A stretch of DNA of 64,000 nucleotides from a bacterium (GTDB lineage Bacteria; Bacteroidota; Ignavibacteria; UBA10030): NCBI GenBank assembly GCA_043803945.1, contig JAZDJN010000032.1, forward strand, positions 1 through 64,000. The letters run 5' to 3'. The notes beneath the pieces were generated by a model. The model had not been told where the DNA came from, did not search any database, and saw only the letters and a program-made list of their open reading frames with translations. Both the position numbers and the translations under genes were made by a program. Of the stretch, positions 1 to 11,049 are shown piece by piece. How positions within the stretch are numbered: the first letter of the stretch is position 1; each line of letters opens with the position of its first letter.

Positions 1-185
1 ATTCTGGGCGATCATCCTTTACGCTGCGCACCCTGCAATTCTTTCTCGGCAAATCAATTACCATTGTGTTTATGAGAAACGACATGATCGAATAAACTAT
101 AACCATAAAGTAATTGCATTAGGTTGACGCCAATGCGTACAGCGGGACATTAATCCGGTGTCCAGTGCCTGCTGTAATCGAATTT

Positions 186-302
186 CTGGATTCCCTGCCT
201 GCCGACCTGTCCGCCGAAACGAAGTGTAGGCGGAAGTGTCTTTGGCACGCAGGCAGGCGGCTTGAGACATGCCTGCCTCGCCGGCAGGCGGGCCGGAATG
301 AC
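186..302. repeat. Nested REP-like palindromic element
   Basis: Outer ctggattcc...ggaatgac encloses cctgcctgc...gcaggcagg, ccgcc...ggcgg and cctgcctcgccggcaggcggg hairpins; related copies at 995-1034 and 14582-14713. Confidence 0.7.
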
Positions 303-362
303 TGCTTACCTTTTTGGGGACACCCTCCTACGCTTTTGTGTTATTGTGTTTTTCTGGAAACG

Positions 363-872
363 ATGAAACAACTTCTGATCATAGTGCCCATGGTTTTATT
401 TTTCCTTTCCTGTAACCCATTCGCGCCGGCACTTGATGAATCGGATCAGGAAGGAAGTTCAATTCTGGGTGACCCTAAAACTATTGAAGGTATCTTCCAG
501 CAGATGAAGTATGCTTACACATTCAAAGACACAACAATTTACGGGCAGCTCCTTGCGAGCGATTTTATTTTTGTCTATCGTGATTATGAAAGGGCTGTCG
601 ATGTGACGTGGGGAAGAGACCAGGAGATGCTGACGGCATACCGGATGTTCCAAAATGTCCAGCGCCTCGATCTGGTCTGGAACAATATGTTTTCCTTCTC
701 TGTCGATTCAACAAGTACACAGGCGTTTATCTCACGGAATTTCAACCTTACTGTAACATTCAATCCAAGCGACATTCTTCGTGTCGATGGATATGCCTCG
801 TTCGTCTTTGCCCGGCACTCGGCCGACGAATCCTGGAGAATTCTTCGCTGGAAAGATGAATCGAATTTTTAG
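363..872 (+). CDS. Hypothetical lipoprotein, possibly NTF2/SnoaL-like fold
   Basis: ATG at 363 gives MKQLLIIVPMVLFFLSC (lipobox); C-terminal WRILRWKD is typical of NTF2-like ends. The upstream ORF extension runs through the REP element. Confidence 0.7.
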   Translation: MKQLLIIVPMVLFFLSCNPFAPALDESDQEGSSILGDPKTIEGIFQQMKYAYTFKDTTIYGQLLASDFIFVYRDYERAVDVTWGRDQEMLTAYRMFQNVQRLDLVWNNMFSFSVDSTSTQAFISRNFNLTVTFNPSDILRVDGYASFVFARHSADESWRILRWKDESNF

Positions 873-994
873 TATCTTATGTTTCGATGCTTCGCATCGA
901 AACAGTTGGGCATGTGTACCATGGTCCATATCGTGACACTTTTGGCACGTTTCTACACGTGAACGTGGAAATAGGCATTTGATTTCCTTTGTGT

Positions 995-1034
995 CCTTCC
1001 CGCCTGCTTAAAAAGATTCTCAGTGGCGGGCAGG
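995..1034. repeat. REP-like hairpin
   Basis: ccttcccgcc...ggcgggcagg inverted repeat of the same family as 186-302. Confidence 0.55.
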
Positions 1035-1079
1035 TGCGGTTGAACTGTCTTATTAATATTTGAAAGTATTAGTAATATC

Positions 1080-1961
1080 ATGCAGATAGGATATTTACTC
1101 AAAGAAGGCCTTTCAGGATTTAAACGGACAAAGCTGGCAATGATTGCAGCGATTACTACTATTGCTATTTCTTTGCTGATTCTCAGCTCCTTCACTATTC
1201 TTTCGCTCAATGCCAATCGGATTGTGGAGTCGTTGCGCGAACGTGTAGAGATGGAGGCCTTTCTTGTCGACTATTTATCTCCGGTCGAACAATCGATGAT
1301 TCGTGACAGCATTGCTGCTATCGAGGGTATCCGTGAAGTGCGCTACATCTCCAAAGCAGAAGCGGCAACAATTTTCAAAGAGGAATTCGGTGAAGATATT
1401 AACCGGGTGCTTGACCATAATCCGTTACCCGCTTCAATCAAGATATATCTGAAAGATGGATACAAGACAGTCAAGGGTGCCGAAGCAATCGTCTTGACCG
1501 TTAAGGCGATGAAGGGGATTGAGGATGTTATTTACCGGAAGTCGCTTCTCGAGATGCTCGAAACCCGCGCACAAACACTGCTCCTGTTCATTCTCGGAAC
1601 CGGTGTGTTTATCATGATTTCTTCCATCTTTCTCGTTGCTAATACCATTCGCCTGGCGATCTATGCAAAACGGAAAATCATCCAGACCATGAAATTGATC
1701 GGCGCGACCCGATCGTTTATCCGCTGGCCCTTTGTTCTAGAAGGACTCCTCCAGGGCTTTATCGGCGGCATCATTGCCGCTGTCATTGTTTTTCTGGTAT
1801 TTGAATATCTAGGCCGATGGCTCTCTGTCGAGTTATACGATCTTGTGCAGGTGCATTCACCTTATTATGCCATTATTCTCCTTGTCGGGTGTCTGCTGGG
1901 ACTCTTCGGTAGCCTCATTTCCGTTCGCCGATTCATCGGTGAGAGCATTCACCAGGATTGA
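1080..1961 (+). CDS. ftsX: Cell division permease FtsX
   Basis: 293 aa; N-terminal TM, periplasmic domain with NPLPAS, NTIRLAIYAKR..I.TMKLIGAT..FIR.PF.LEG motif, three C-terminal TMs. Confidence 0.95.
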   Translation: MQIGYLLKEGLSGFKRTKLAMIAAITTIAISLLILSSFTILSLNANRIVESLRERVEMEAFLVDYLSPVEQSMIRDSIAAIEGIREVRYISKAEAATIFKEEFGEDINRVLDHNPLPASIKIYLKDGYKTVKGAEAIVLTVKAMKGIEDVIYRKSLLEMLETRAQTLLLFILGTGVFIMISSIFLVANTIRLAIYAKRKIIQTMKLIGATRSFIRWPFVLEGLLQGFIGGIIAAVIVFLVFEYLGRWLSVELYDLVQVHSPYYAIILLVGCLLGLFGSLISVRRFIGESIHQD

Positions 1962-2120
1962 CTGTGTCATTCTTGAGAATTGAACTAACTGATTCGCCGA
2001 CACCGGCAATCTGTTCAAAAAGATTGCTTTTTCCGGAAATGTTTTCTACCATCTTTCCAGTGTTTATTTCAACCGAGACTCATTGTTCAATCTCACGTTC
2101 CACCAAATACCGGAATACCA

Positions 2121-2783
2121 ATGGATAAGCTAACCTCCTTCTATAACTCATCGGTCGGTAAGAAAATTGTGATGAGTTTGAGCGGACTCTTTCTGTGTAC
2201 CTTTCTTATTGTCCACGTTTCTATCAACTTGCTATTGTTCAAAAATGACGGCGGTCTGGTGTATAATCAATTCTCCGGTTTCATGTCTTCCAATCCGATC
2301 ATCCGAACGATAGAAGTCCTGCTGTTTGTCGGTATCATTGCCCACATCATCAGCGGCACCATCGTCTGGCTGAGGAACAGGGCATCGCGCCCCGTGGGGT
2401 ATGAGGTCTATAAGTTGAAGGACAACACCAAATTTGAATCACGAACACCCATGCTCACGGCGAGTGCAGCGTTTGTGGGATTCTTTCTCGTGACACACCT
2501 GAACACCTTCTGGGTGCCGATACGCTTCGGCACGGAACCCCACGATACCTACGATATGGTCGTGCAGGCGTTCTCCAGTCCGACGTACGGTCTATTCTAC
2601 ATCATCGCTCTTCTTTTTCTTGCCTTTCATCTGAAGCATGGATTCCAATCCGGATTTCAGACGCTCGGATTAACGGATAAGAAATACAAATGGCTCATCG
2701 ATGCATTTGCGGTAATCTTTTGGCTGGTGATACCGATCCTCTTTGCGGCAATGCCGGCCTATTTCCTATGGTTCAAATCATAA
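2121..2783 (+). CDS. sdhC: Succinate dehydrogenase/fumarate reductase cytochrome b subunit
   Basis: SSVGKKIVMSLSGLFL..FL.VH and HLKHGFQSGFQTLG motifs; directly upstream of sdhAB. Confidence 0.93.
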   Translation: MDKLTSFYNSSVGKKIVMSLSGLFLCTFLIVHVSINLLLFKNDGGLVYNQFSGFMSSNPIIRTIEVLLFVGIIAHIISGTIVWLRNRASRPVGYEVYKLKDNTKFESRTPMLTASAAFVGFFLVTHLNTFWVPIRFGTEPHDTYDMVVQAFSSPTYGLFYIIALLFLAFHLKHGFQSGFQTLGLTDKKYKWLIDAFAVIFWLVIPILFAAMPAYFLWFKS

Positions 2784-2839
2784 CTCGCTGGATCGATTTC
2801 AATTAGCCGCTGAACTTTAGAAATTGGAGTGTAACGACC

Positions 2840-4753
2840 ATGAAGCTTGAATCAAAAATTCCATCCGGACCGATAGAGACAAAGTGGAACACCCACAAGT
2901 TCAACATGAAGCTGGTGAATCCCGCTAATAAGCGGAAATACACCATCATCGTTGTGGGGACAGGACTCGCCGGTGCATCAGCAGCTGCAAGCCTGGGCGA
3001 ACTTGGATACAACGTGCTGACGTTCTCCTACCACGAGTCGCCGCGGCGCGCACACAGTATCGCTGCGCAGGGCGGCATCAACGCTCCAAAGAACTATGCA
3101 AACGACGGCGACAGTGTCTACCGCCTGTTCTATGATACGGTCAAAGGCGGCGACTATCGCTCCCGTGAGGCGAATGTGTATCGGCTCGCAGAGGTGAGCA
3201 ATGGGATCATCGATCAGTGTGTGGCACAGGGTGTACCGTTCGCTCGCGACTATGCTGGCTATCTCGATACCCGGTCGTTTGGCGGCGCTCAGGTTTCGCG
3301 AACATTCTATGCACGCGGACAAACCGGCCAGCAGCTTCTTCTTGGAGCTTACTCTGCACTTTCACGCCAGATCAAAGCCGGTTCTGTGAAATTCTTCGAG
3401 CGGCGCGAAATGCTTGATCTCGTTCTTGTCGACGGACAGGCGCGGGGAATCGTTGTACGCAATATGGTGACGGGGGAAATTGAATCGTACGCTGCCAACG
3501 CCGTGGTGCTTGCGACGGGCGGCTATGGCAATGTGTTCTATCTCTCGACGAATGCCAAGGCATGTAATGCGACTGCGCTCTGGCGGGCATACAAAAAAGG
3601 CGCTCTCTTCGGAAATCCATGCTTTACGCAGATTCACCCGACCTGCATTCCGCAGAGCGGCGATTACCAATCGAAACTCACCTTGATGAGCGAGAGCCTT
3701 CGCAACGACGGACGCATCTGGGTACCGAAGAAGCAGGGTGATACCCGCTCGCCGCAGGACATTCCGGAAGAAGAACGCGATTACTATCTCGAACGGCTCT
3801 ATCCTTCCTTCGGCAACCTGGTACCGCGCGATGTTGCTTCACGCCGTGCGAAAGAGATGTGCGATAAAGGATTCGGTGTCGGCCCGACAAAACTTGCAGT
3901 CTATCTCGATTTTGCCGATTCCATCAAACGGCTCGGCAAGCATGTCATTGAGGAACGCTACGGCAATCTCTTTGATATGTACCATGAAATTACAGCGGAA
4001 GAACCATACAAGACCGGTATGCGAATCTATCCTGCAGTGCATTATACAATGGGTGGACTGTGGGTCGATTACAATCTTATGAGCACGATTCCCGGTATGT
4101 ATGTTCTTGGTGAAGCCAACTTCCCCGACCATGGTGCAAACCGTCTCGGTGCGAGTGCTCTGATGCAAGGCCTTGCAGATGGCTATTTCATTATTCCGTA
4201 TACCATTGGCGATTACCTCGCCTCCACAAAATTTAAAGCGGTGAAGAGTGAGGATGCTGAATTCAAAGCCGTGAAGAGCGATACGGAAGCGCTCATAAAG
4301 AAGCTGATGTCCATCAATGGCAATAAGACGGTAGAAGAATACCACAAGGAACTGGGAAAAGTGATGTGGGAGTGTGTGGGAATGGGAAGAAATAAGGCCA
4401 GATTGCAAAAGGCGCTGCAGGAAATTCCGAGGATTCGCGAGGAGTTCTGGCAGAATGTCAAAGTTGTTGGCGAATCGAGCGATCTGAACATCGATCTCGA
4501 ACGCGCAACCCGCGTGGCAGATTTTCTTGAAATGGGTGAACTGCTTGCCCTCGATGCATTGCACCGTGAAGAATCATGCGGCGGGCACTTCCGTGAAGAG
4601 TATCAAACGGAAGAGGGTGAAGCCCTCCGTAACGACAAGAAATTCTGTTACGTCGCGGCATGGGAATACGCAGGAGAAGGAAAAAGGCCAATCCTCAATA
4701 AAGAACCATTGGAATTTGAATATGTGAAGCCGTCGCAGCGGAACTATAAGTGA
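2840..4753 (+). CDS. sdhA: Succinate dehydrogenase/fumarate reductase flavoprotein subunit
   Basis: GTGLAG FAD motif, [40 protein letters not shown]. Confidence 0.97.
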   Translation: MKLESKIPSGPIETKWNTHKFNMKLVNPANKRKYTIIVVGTGLAGASAAASLGELGYNVLTFSYHESPRRAHSIAAQGGINAPKNYANDGDSVYRLFYDTVKGGDYRSREANVYRLAEVSNGIIDQCVAQGVPFARDYAGYLDTRSFGGAQVSRTFYARGQTGQQLLLGAYSALSRQIKAGSVKFFERREMLDLVLVDGQARGIVVRNMVTGEIESYAANAVVLATGGYGNVFYLSTNAKACNATALWRAYKKGALFGNPCFTQIHPTCIPQSGDYQSKLTLMSESLRNDGRIWVPKKQGDTRSPQDIPEEERDYYLERLYPSFGNLVPRDVASRRAKEMCDKGFGVGPTKLAVYLDFADSIKRLGKHVIEERYGNLFDMYHEITAEEPYKTGMRIYPAVHYTMGGLWVDYNLMSTIPGMYVLGEANFPDHGANRLGASALMQGLADGYFIIPYTIGDYLASTKFKAVKSEDAEFKAVKSDTEALIKKLMSINGNKTVEEYHKELGKVMWECVGMGRNKARLQKALQEIPRIREEFWQNVKVVGESSDLNIDLERATRVADFLEMGELLALDALHREESCGGHFREEYQTEEGEALRNDKKFCYVAAWEYAGEGKRPILNKEPLEFEYVKPSQRNYK

Positions 4754-4754
4754 C

Positions 4755-4797
4755 AAGTAAAAATGAAAAATTATAAAGTAAAAAGTAGTAACAAGGT
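4755..4797 (+). repeat. Degenerate 7-mer tract (consensus about AAAGTAA)
   Basis: caagtaa aaatgaa aaattat aaagtaa aaagtag between sdhA and sdhB. Confidence 0.5.
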
Positions 4798-4860
4798 TGT
4801 AAGAATAAGTGAGAAGAAGAAAACAGTTGGAATAGCGGTCTACGTAAGGAGTATGAGAGA

Positions 4861-5601
4861 ATGGATGTTAAACTGAAAGTCTGGCGTCAAAAGAATCGAC
4901 GGGATACTGGAAGATTCGTCATGTACGAAGTGAAAAATGTATCACCGGATGCATCGTTTCTCGAGATGCTCGATATTCTCAATGTCGATCTCGTGAAGAA
5001 GGGCGAGGAGCCGGTCGCATTCGATCATGATTGCCGCGAGGGAATTTGCGGCAGTTGCGGAATGGTCGTGGCTGGCCGTGCTCATGGTCCAAACCGCGGT
5101 ATTGCTACCTGTGAATTGCGTATGCGCTTATTCAAAGATGGCGAGACGATCGTCGCTGAGCCCTGGAGGGCAAAAGCATTTCCTGTCATCAAGGATCTCA
5201 TTGTGGATCGCACGGCGCTCGAACGTATTATGCAGGCCGGAGGGTATACATCCGCGCGGACCGGCGGTGTTCCTGATGCAAATGCTGTCACCATTCCCAA
5301 ACTCGCCGCCGAAGAAGCTATGGATGCTGCAGCATGCATCGGCTGCGGAGCATGCGTTGCCTCATGCCCGAACGGTTCGGCAATGCTCTTCGTCTCTGCA
5401 AAAGTTTCCCAACTCGCCCTGCTCCCGCAAGGACAGATTGAACGTAAAGAACGCGTCCTGCGCATGATTGAGCAGATGGATAAGGAAGGTTTTGGAAACT
5501 GCTCGAATAACTACGCTTGTGAAGCAGAGTGCCCGAAGAAGATTTCGGTGACACATATTGCGCGGTTGAATCGGGAATTTATAAGGGCGGAGATAGTGTA
5601 A
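4861..5601 (+). CDS. sdhB: Succinate dehydrogenase/fumarate reductase iron-sulfur subunit
   Basis: [33 protein letters not shown] Fe-S motifs. Confidence 0.97.
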   Translation: MDVKLKVWRQKNRRDTGRFVMYEVKNVSPDASFLEMLDILNVDLVKKGEEPVAFDHDCREGICGSCGMVVAGRAHGPNRGIATCELRMRLFKDGETIVAEPWRAKAFPVIKDLIVDRTALERIMQAGGYTSARTGGVPDANAVTIPKLAAEEAMDAAACIGCGACVASCPNGSAMLFVSAKVSQLALLPQGQIERKERVLRMIEQMDKEGFGNCSNNYACEAECPKKISVTHIARLNREFIRAEIV

Positions 5602-5643
5602 GAAGTAGCAAGTTACAAGTAGTAAATAAAAAGTAAAAAGTGA
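5602..5643 (+). repeat. Degenerate 7-mer tract
   Basis: gaagtag caagtta caagtag taaataa aaagtaa aaagtga directly after the sdhB stop. Confidence 0.55.
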
Positions 5644-5694
5644 GATGGGGGTGTAAAAGGGGAGGTTAGTAAAATAATCACGGCTAAATGACAT

Positions 5695-6768
5695 ATGACT
5701 ATCCCAAAGATTTTAGTGACGACAACTCAGACGCTTGAGGGATGGGTAATAGAATCCTATCTAGGCCCGGTTGTTTCTCATATTGTCGCAGGTACGGGCT
5801 TTTTCAGTGACTTTGCAGCGGGTTTATCTGATATTTTTGGTGGTCGTTCTCAATCATACCAAAGGCAACTTTCTGCAATAAACCTCGAAGTAATTTCACT
5901 TCTAAAGAGTAAAGCAGCGGTAATGGGCGCAAATATGATTATTGGTTTACACATAGATCATGATGAGATCTCCGGCAAAGGTAAACAGATGTTTATGGTT
6001 ACTGCCTATGGAACTGCCGCGCGAGGATCTCAAAAAACACAACCAATTAAAGAGAAAGAGCACATTTCGGTCATCACATCCGAAACGATGAATATTGAAC
6101 TTCGGAAAAAGGATGTTATCGCAAAGTTTAACAAATTGCCGTTAAATGTCACCGAGGAAGATTGGAATTTAGCCACAGATTATCAAATTCATGAGATTGC
6201 ACATTCTGTTCTACTCAGCCTACAATATGCACTAACGAATAATCCCAACGATGAGGGAATATTTGCGAGAAGGAAAAAATTTTTTCTCGGGTTACCTTCT
6301 TCTCTTTCAGTTCCTGTGCTTTACGATCTTACTATATTGAAAATCAATAACCTTATTCATACTTTTGTCGCGGAGGTAATTCATGATGGAGATCTATTTG
6401 ACTTCGAAGGAATATCAACTATTCTTCGATGCGATAATTTCGAACTACAAAAATGGGCTCTCCGTTTGATCTATTCTGAAAAACCCTTCTATACTGCCGA
6501 GGACCTGAAGCTGTTTTCCAATTTGATTGACACTATCAAGTCTAAATTTGGGATTCGAGCAAAGTATATTGAAGAGAAGGCATTGCTATCATCATCTGTC
6601 AAGAAGAAGTGGATTTGTGAGTGCAGCCAAAAAAATGAAACTGCTCAGGAATATTGTGAAAATTGTAGTCGTGACATATATGGCTTCGGAAGAGGACAAC
6701 TGACCTCAGCTTCATCGATTCAGATTATTGAAAACAAGATGCTAGTGCTTAGAGAACATCTTCAATGA
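5695..6768 (+). CDS. YbjQ (UPF0145)-domain protein with C-terminal Cys motif
   Basis: ILVTTT..LEG..I..YLG.V...IV.G..FFSDF.A..SDIFGGRS..Y and MFMVTAYGTA; C-terminal WICEC..N....YCENC; visibly AT-richer than neighbours. Confidence 0.85.
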   Translation: MTIPKILVTTTQTLEGWVIESYLGPVVSHIVAGTGFFSDFAAGLSDIFGGRSQSYQRQLSAINLEVISLLKSKAAVMGANMIIGLHIDHDEISGKGKQMFMVTAYGTAARGSQKTQPIKEKEHISVITSETMNIELRKKDVIAKFNKLPLNVTEEDWNLATDYQIHEIAHSVLLSLQYALTNNPNDEGIFARRKKFFLGLPSSLSVPVLYDLTILKINNLIHTFVAEVIHDGDLFDFEGISTILRCDNFELQKWALRLIYSEKPFYTAEDLKLFSNLIDTIKSKFGIRAKYIEEKALLSSSVKKKWICECSQKNETAQEYCENCSRDIYGFGRGQLTSASSIQIIENKMLVLREHLQ

Positions 6769-7197
6769 GAATTTCGAATGGTGTAATATTTGTCCGCGTT
6801 TTGACTCCCTATCGCGGACAGCTTTTTGATTAGCTTCTTATCTCTCAATATTTTTGACATCTCATAATTGTAGCAGATCTCACGGCTCTCCACATTCTCT
6901 TCACATATCTGTCTCAATTATGTGGCAAAGCGTCCCGCTAAGTCTCTGTAAATCAATAAGTCAACCTTGTTAAAAATCTCACTTCTGTGTCAAGTTGCAT
7001 TAGAAACGAAGGATTCGTAGTACGATGATGATGAATTAAAACGACCGTTTTTTTTCAGGCTCCTTTTTCGAGAGTCCGTTGTTATCACGTACGGTTTTTT
7101 CTTTGTTTTTTCTTCAGCTTCTTTGTCTGCTTTCTGCAATCTGCCAACTGCTGTCTATCACCCATATTTTACACTCCTGACTTGCCAATTGTTCTTA

Positions 7198-7341
7198 CCC
7201 TCTTACGCTCATACACTCTCACTTTCTCCCTCTCTCCCCCTCACACCCTCTTACACTCACACATTCATACACTCCTACACTCCCACACTCCTACATTCCC
7301 ATATTCCCATATTTCCACATTCCCATATTCCCACCCTCTCT
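7198..7341 (+). repeat. Degenerate 8-mer tandem tract (consensus about CAYTCCYA, ~18 units)
   Basis: ccctctta cgctcata cactctca ... cactccta cactccca cactccta cattccca tattccca tatttcca cattccca tattccca. Confidence 0.75.
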
Positions 7342-7380
7342 CCTTGATACTCCATCGAATATGTGCTAACTTCTTCACGT

Positions 7381-10300
7381 ATGATAAGATATAGCATTGT
7401 GATCGCATTCCTGCTTCTAACGGTGGCAGGATATGCCCAGGATACAAAGGAAAACGCCGATTTCAAGCTTGCGGTGAGCCTTTATAATGACCGCCTCTAC
7501 GAGCTCGCCAGTGAACAATTTCACCAATTCATCACGAATTATCCGAATACACAGCAAGGCGTCGAGTCTCGATTCTATCTCGGCCTCATCCAATTGCAAT
7601 TGAAGAAATTCGATGATGCACGCTTTAGTTTTCAGAACTTTGCCCTGCAATACCCCGATAATCCCAAAGCTCCTGATGCATGGTGGAACGTTGCCGAAGC
7701 ATATATCGCTCTGAAGGATTTCCGTGAAGCGGCATTGGCCTTTGAGCGGGTCAAGACGTTTCACCCGAAAAGCAAACAAGCTCCGGCAGCGCTGCTGAAA
7801 GCCAGTGAGTACTTTGAGCTTGCGGGCGACCATGAAAACTCGCGGAAGATTCTCCGTACCATCGTTCAAGACTATACAGCGAATGATGTTGTGCTTCCTG
7901 CACGGTTGAAGCTTTCCGTCGTCTATTTCGATGAAAATCAATTTGAACTTTCACGAATCGAGGCAAAGCGAGTTACCGAGCAGGCAAAAGAACCGGGACT
8001 GAAAGCTCAAGCACTGCTCATGATTGCAAAATCCCTCGGCAAGCTGGGGAAGTATGAAGAGGCGCAAACGACGCTGGACGAAATCCAGAAGGGCAGCAAA
8101 TCGACCTCCTATTATTACTCCGCACTCCTTCTGTTTGGTTCGCTCTATAAAGATATGGGCAATCACACCGATGCGATCGCCGCGTGGATGAATGTTGCCA
8201 ACGATTCAGCCGGCTGTCCGGTTGCAGTACGGCAAGAGGCATTTGTTGAACTTGGCGATGAGTATGTCCTGCGTGAGGATTTCCCGAAGGCGAATTCGTT
8301 CTACGAACGTGCGGCCGCGATCAAAGGCCCGATGCTCGGTAAAGCGCTGGAGCGCGCAGGCCGCGGTTTGATGAAAACGAAATCTCCGAAAATAGCACTA
8401 GGATATTTCAATCAAGTCCTTGAAGATCGCTCGCTCGGCAATGACCGATCAATCACCTTGTCTGAAGCTGTCCATGCTGCCCTGGCCTGCAAAGAGTATC
8501 GGGATGTATTGCGATTTGCCCATCTCTTCAATACTGAGTTTCCCCGGAATTCTAATTCACCCGAGATTCTCCTGGCAGCCGCCAGGGTTGCACGGGATGA
8601 AATGACAGAGTATCGGCAGGCGATCACCTTTGATGAAAAATTGCTTGCCGAGTTTCCTTCACATCGGTTTGCAGATGATGCGCTCTTTGATCTCGCACAA
8701 ACATACCGGGCGATGGGCTCGTTTGATGTTGCCATACAATTGTTTGAATCGATCGAACGCCGGTTTCCTTCGAGCAATCGTGTTGAGCAGGCACGCGATG
8801 CAGTACGCTGTATTCGCGCATTCGAATTGAAGAATAAGGAATCGGGCCTTGAACGATTGACGCTGCTTATCGGTGATCTCATTGCGCAGGAGTCGAAAGC
8901 CGAACTGGCGTACCGACTGGCCGAGATTTATTTTCAGGAACTGAAGGATTACGAACGAGCCGCTGAGCAGTATCGTATTGCACTGCAATCGAATCTCTCA
9001 CTCCAGAAACAGCCGTTGGCTTGGGGCTCCAGAGCAAAATCGTTTGAGTATCTCGCCTGGAAGGCGCGCCTGGAGAGAAAGAGCGATAAGAATATGTTTG
9101 CTCAGACCGCAATTGCTTGCTACGATTCTTTATTGAAGAATTTTTCCATGCACGAGTCAGCCGGAGACGCGCTGCTTGCGCAGGTTCAGTTAAAACTGCA
9201 ATTGGCTGGTTCCGTTGGGGATGTGCGAAAACTCCAGGCGGGTCTGCAGTTACTTCGGCCGGTACCCCGGCAGTACGATGCTATTCTCCTTTTGGTCGGA
9301 AAAGCATACAGCACCCACAAGTCCTATGATGATGCTGTGGGGATATTCCGGATGCTGCTTGGACAATACCCTCAGAGCCCTTCTGCTCCCGAAGCCTTTG
9401 CCTTGCTCGGAGAATCGCTGCTCTTGATGGGAAAGAACGATTCGGCTCAGGTTGTTCTTGAGCAATATCTTGCCCGTTATCCCGCTCACCGCTATTCTGC
9501 CAAGGCCCACAGCCTGCTGGCGAAGGAATATGCCGCCCAGAAAAACAGTGCAAAATCACTCGCTCATCTCCAGAGCATTGAACGATCATTCGGCTATTCC
9601 GAGTTTGCTGATGATGTCGAACTGATACGTGCCAGCCTCTACGATATGGTGGGGGATTACGTGAACGCATCAAAGAGCTATGAGAAGATCATTGGTTCAC
9701 GGCTGGAGGATGCGATAGAATTCTCCGATGTCAGCAGCGATCTTCTATTCAGACTGGCTGTAAGCTGTGATCAAGCAGGGCGGAAACTCGATGCTAAAAA
9801 ATATTATACTTTCTACCTGTTGCGTGATGCATCAAGTGAGCGGTCGGGACAGGTGTACTATGCGTTGGCGGCGATCGCTCGTGATGAGCGCAATATCACT
9901 CTTGCCACCCGATACCTTCAGGAGTCAGGACGGCTTTCAGGGAGTTCCTCCAACATCGCTTTGAAGGCGGCTCTTGAAGCGGCAGAGTTGTATTTCCGCG
10001 TTGAGGACTATACAAACGCAATCACTCGTTTTACCGAGGTGGTACAGAAGGTGCAGGGTGACAGTGCTCAGCAATATCTGCAATCGAGGATTGTTGTTTG
10101 CTACTTTCGGTTGAATAATGTAACGGAGGCAGATAAGAAGGCCTCGGCATTTTTCAAAGCGTTCCCGCAATTGGAGCGTTACGCGGCGGAGTTTGAATAC
10201 GAGCGGGGCATGTATTCCCTCCGCAAGGATGACGTTAGTACGGCTCAACGCCACTTCGATTATGTCCAGCAGAAATATCCTGCCACGCCGGCCATTCCGT

Positions 10301-11031
10301 TTGTTCTTTATGGAAGTGCCCGCGTTGCAGAAGTATCCACGCGGATCCAGGATGCAGCCCGTCTGTATGAAACGGTGCTTCAACAGTATCCAGAGAGTCC
10401 CATCGTTCCACGCGTTCAATTGAGCCTTGGCAACCTGTATTACCAGCAGGAAAAATGGGACCCCGCGGCGCGGCAATATCGTGCCATTCTCGACAATGAG
10501 TCGAAATCACCGGAACTGGTGCAATATGCGATGAACAATATCATCATTGCATTCAAGGAGATGGGATTGATCGATGCTGCTCTCGACCTTACGCGGAAGT
10601 ATATCGATCGTTTCCCCGATGATCCTGAGCTGATAGGCAAACGGATCGATGTTGGTGTGCTTCAGCAGAAACTGGGATACTACGACCAGGCGATTCTTCA
10701 TCTTCAGAATATCCTTGAAAGTGCCGACGCCGACCTCGAAGCCGAAGTGCGGTACTATATCGGCGAAGCCTATTTCTATAAAGGGGATTATCAGCAGGCG
10801 ATCCTCGAATTCCTGAAGGTCCCCTACCTCGTCACCAAACGCACAAAGGTCGATTGGATCGCGACATCGTACTATATGGCCGGCCAATCCTACGAGAAGC
10901 TGAAGAAGTATGACCAAGCTATTGGCATGTACCGTCAGATCATCGAGCGGCAGGGAATCGATGCCACCTTTAAAGCCGGTGCACAAAAAGAGATTGACCG
11001 CGTAACGGCGGCGATGAACACAAAAAAGTAA
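7381..11031 (+). CDS. Large secreted tetratricopeptide-repeat protein
   Basis: Signal peptide (..TVAGYA-Q) then many TPR units of BamD/CpoB type (YPNTQQ, YPDNPKAPDA, YPESP). ATG at 7381 preferred over GTG at 7363. Confidence 0.9.
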   Translation: MIRYSIVIAFLLLTVAGYAQDTKENADFKLAVSLYNDRLYELASEQFHQFITNYPNTQQGVESRFYLGLIQLQLKKFDDARFSFQNFALQYPDNPKAPDAWWNVAEAYIALKDFREAALAFERVKTFHPKSKQAPAALLKASEYFELAGDHENSRKILRTIVQDYTANDVVLPARLKLSVVYFDENQFELSRIEAKRVTEQAKEPGLKAQALLMIAKSLGKLGKYEEAQTTLDEIQKGSKSTSYYYSALLLFGSLYKDMGNHTDAIAAWMNVANDSAGCPVAVRQEAFVELGDEYVLREDFPKANSFYERAAAIKGPMLGKALERAGRGLMKTKSPKIALGYFNQVLEDRSLGNDRSITLSEAVHAALACKEYRDVLRFAHLFNTEFPRNSNSPEILLAAARVARDEMTEYRQAITFDEKLLAEFPSHRFADDALFDLAQTYRAMGSFDVAIQLFESIERRFPSSNRVEQARDAVRCIRAFELKNKESGLERLTLLIGDLIAQESKAELAYRLAEIYFQELKDYERAAEQYRIALQSNLSLQKQPLAWGSRAKSFEYLAWKARLERKSDKNMFAQTAIACYDSLLKNFSMHESAGDALLAQVQLKLQLAGSVGDVRKLQAGLQLLRPVPRQYDAILLLVGKAYSTHKSYDDAVGIFRMLLGQYPQSPSAPEAFALLGESLLLMGKNDSAQVVLEQYLARYPAHRYSAKAHSLLAKEYAAQKNSAKSLAHLQSIERSFGYSEFADDVELIRASLYDMVGDYVNASKSYEKIIGSRLEDAIEFSDVSSDLLFRLAVSCDQAGRKLDAKKYYTFYLLRDASSERSGQVYYALAAIARDERNITLATRYLQESGRLSGSSSNIALKAALEAAELYFRVEDYTNAITRFTEVVQKVQGDSAQQYLQSRIVVCYFRLNNVTEADKKASAFFKAFPQLERYAAEFEYERGMYSLRKDDVSTAQRHFDYVQQKYPATPAIPFVLYGSARVAEVSTRIQDAARLYETVLQQYPESPIVPRVQLSLGNLYYQQEKWDPAARQYRAILDNESKSPELVQYAMNNIIIAFKEMGLIDAALDLTRKYIDRFPDDPELIGKRIDVGVLQQKLGYYDQAILHLQNILESADADLEAEVRYYIGEAYFYKGDYQQAILEFLKVPYLVTKRTKVDWIATSYYMAGQSYEKLKKYDQAIGMYRQIIERQGIDATFKAGAQKEIDRVTAAMNTKK

Positions 11032-11049
11032 TTCGCGGATCGAATCACG

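Noticed and set aside
165-362. N-terminal extension of ORF 165..872
   Set aside because: It reads through a REP-like cluster; the lipoprotein signal starts at ATG 363.
7123-7466. Short ORFs and a possible CRISPR array in the repeat tract
   Set aside because: It is a degenerate 7/8-mer tract with no repeat-spacer structure; no cas genes are in the window.
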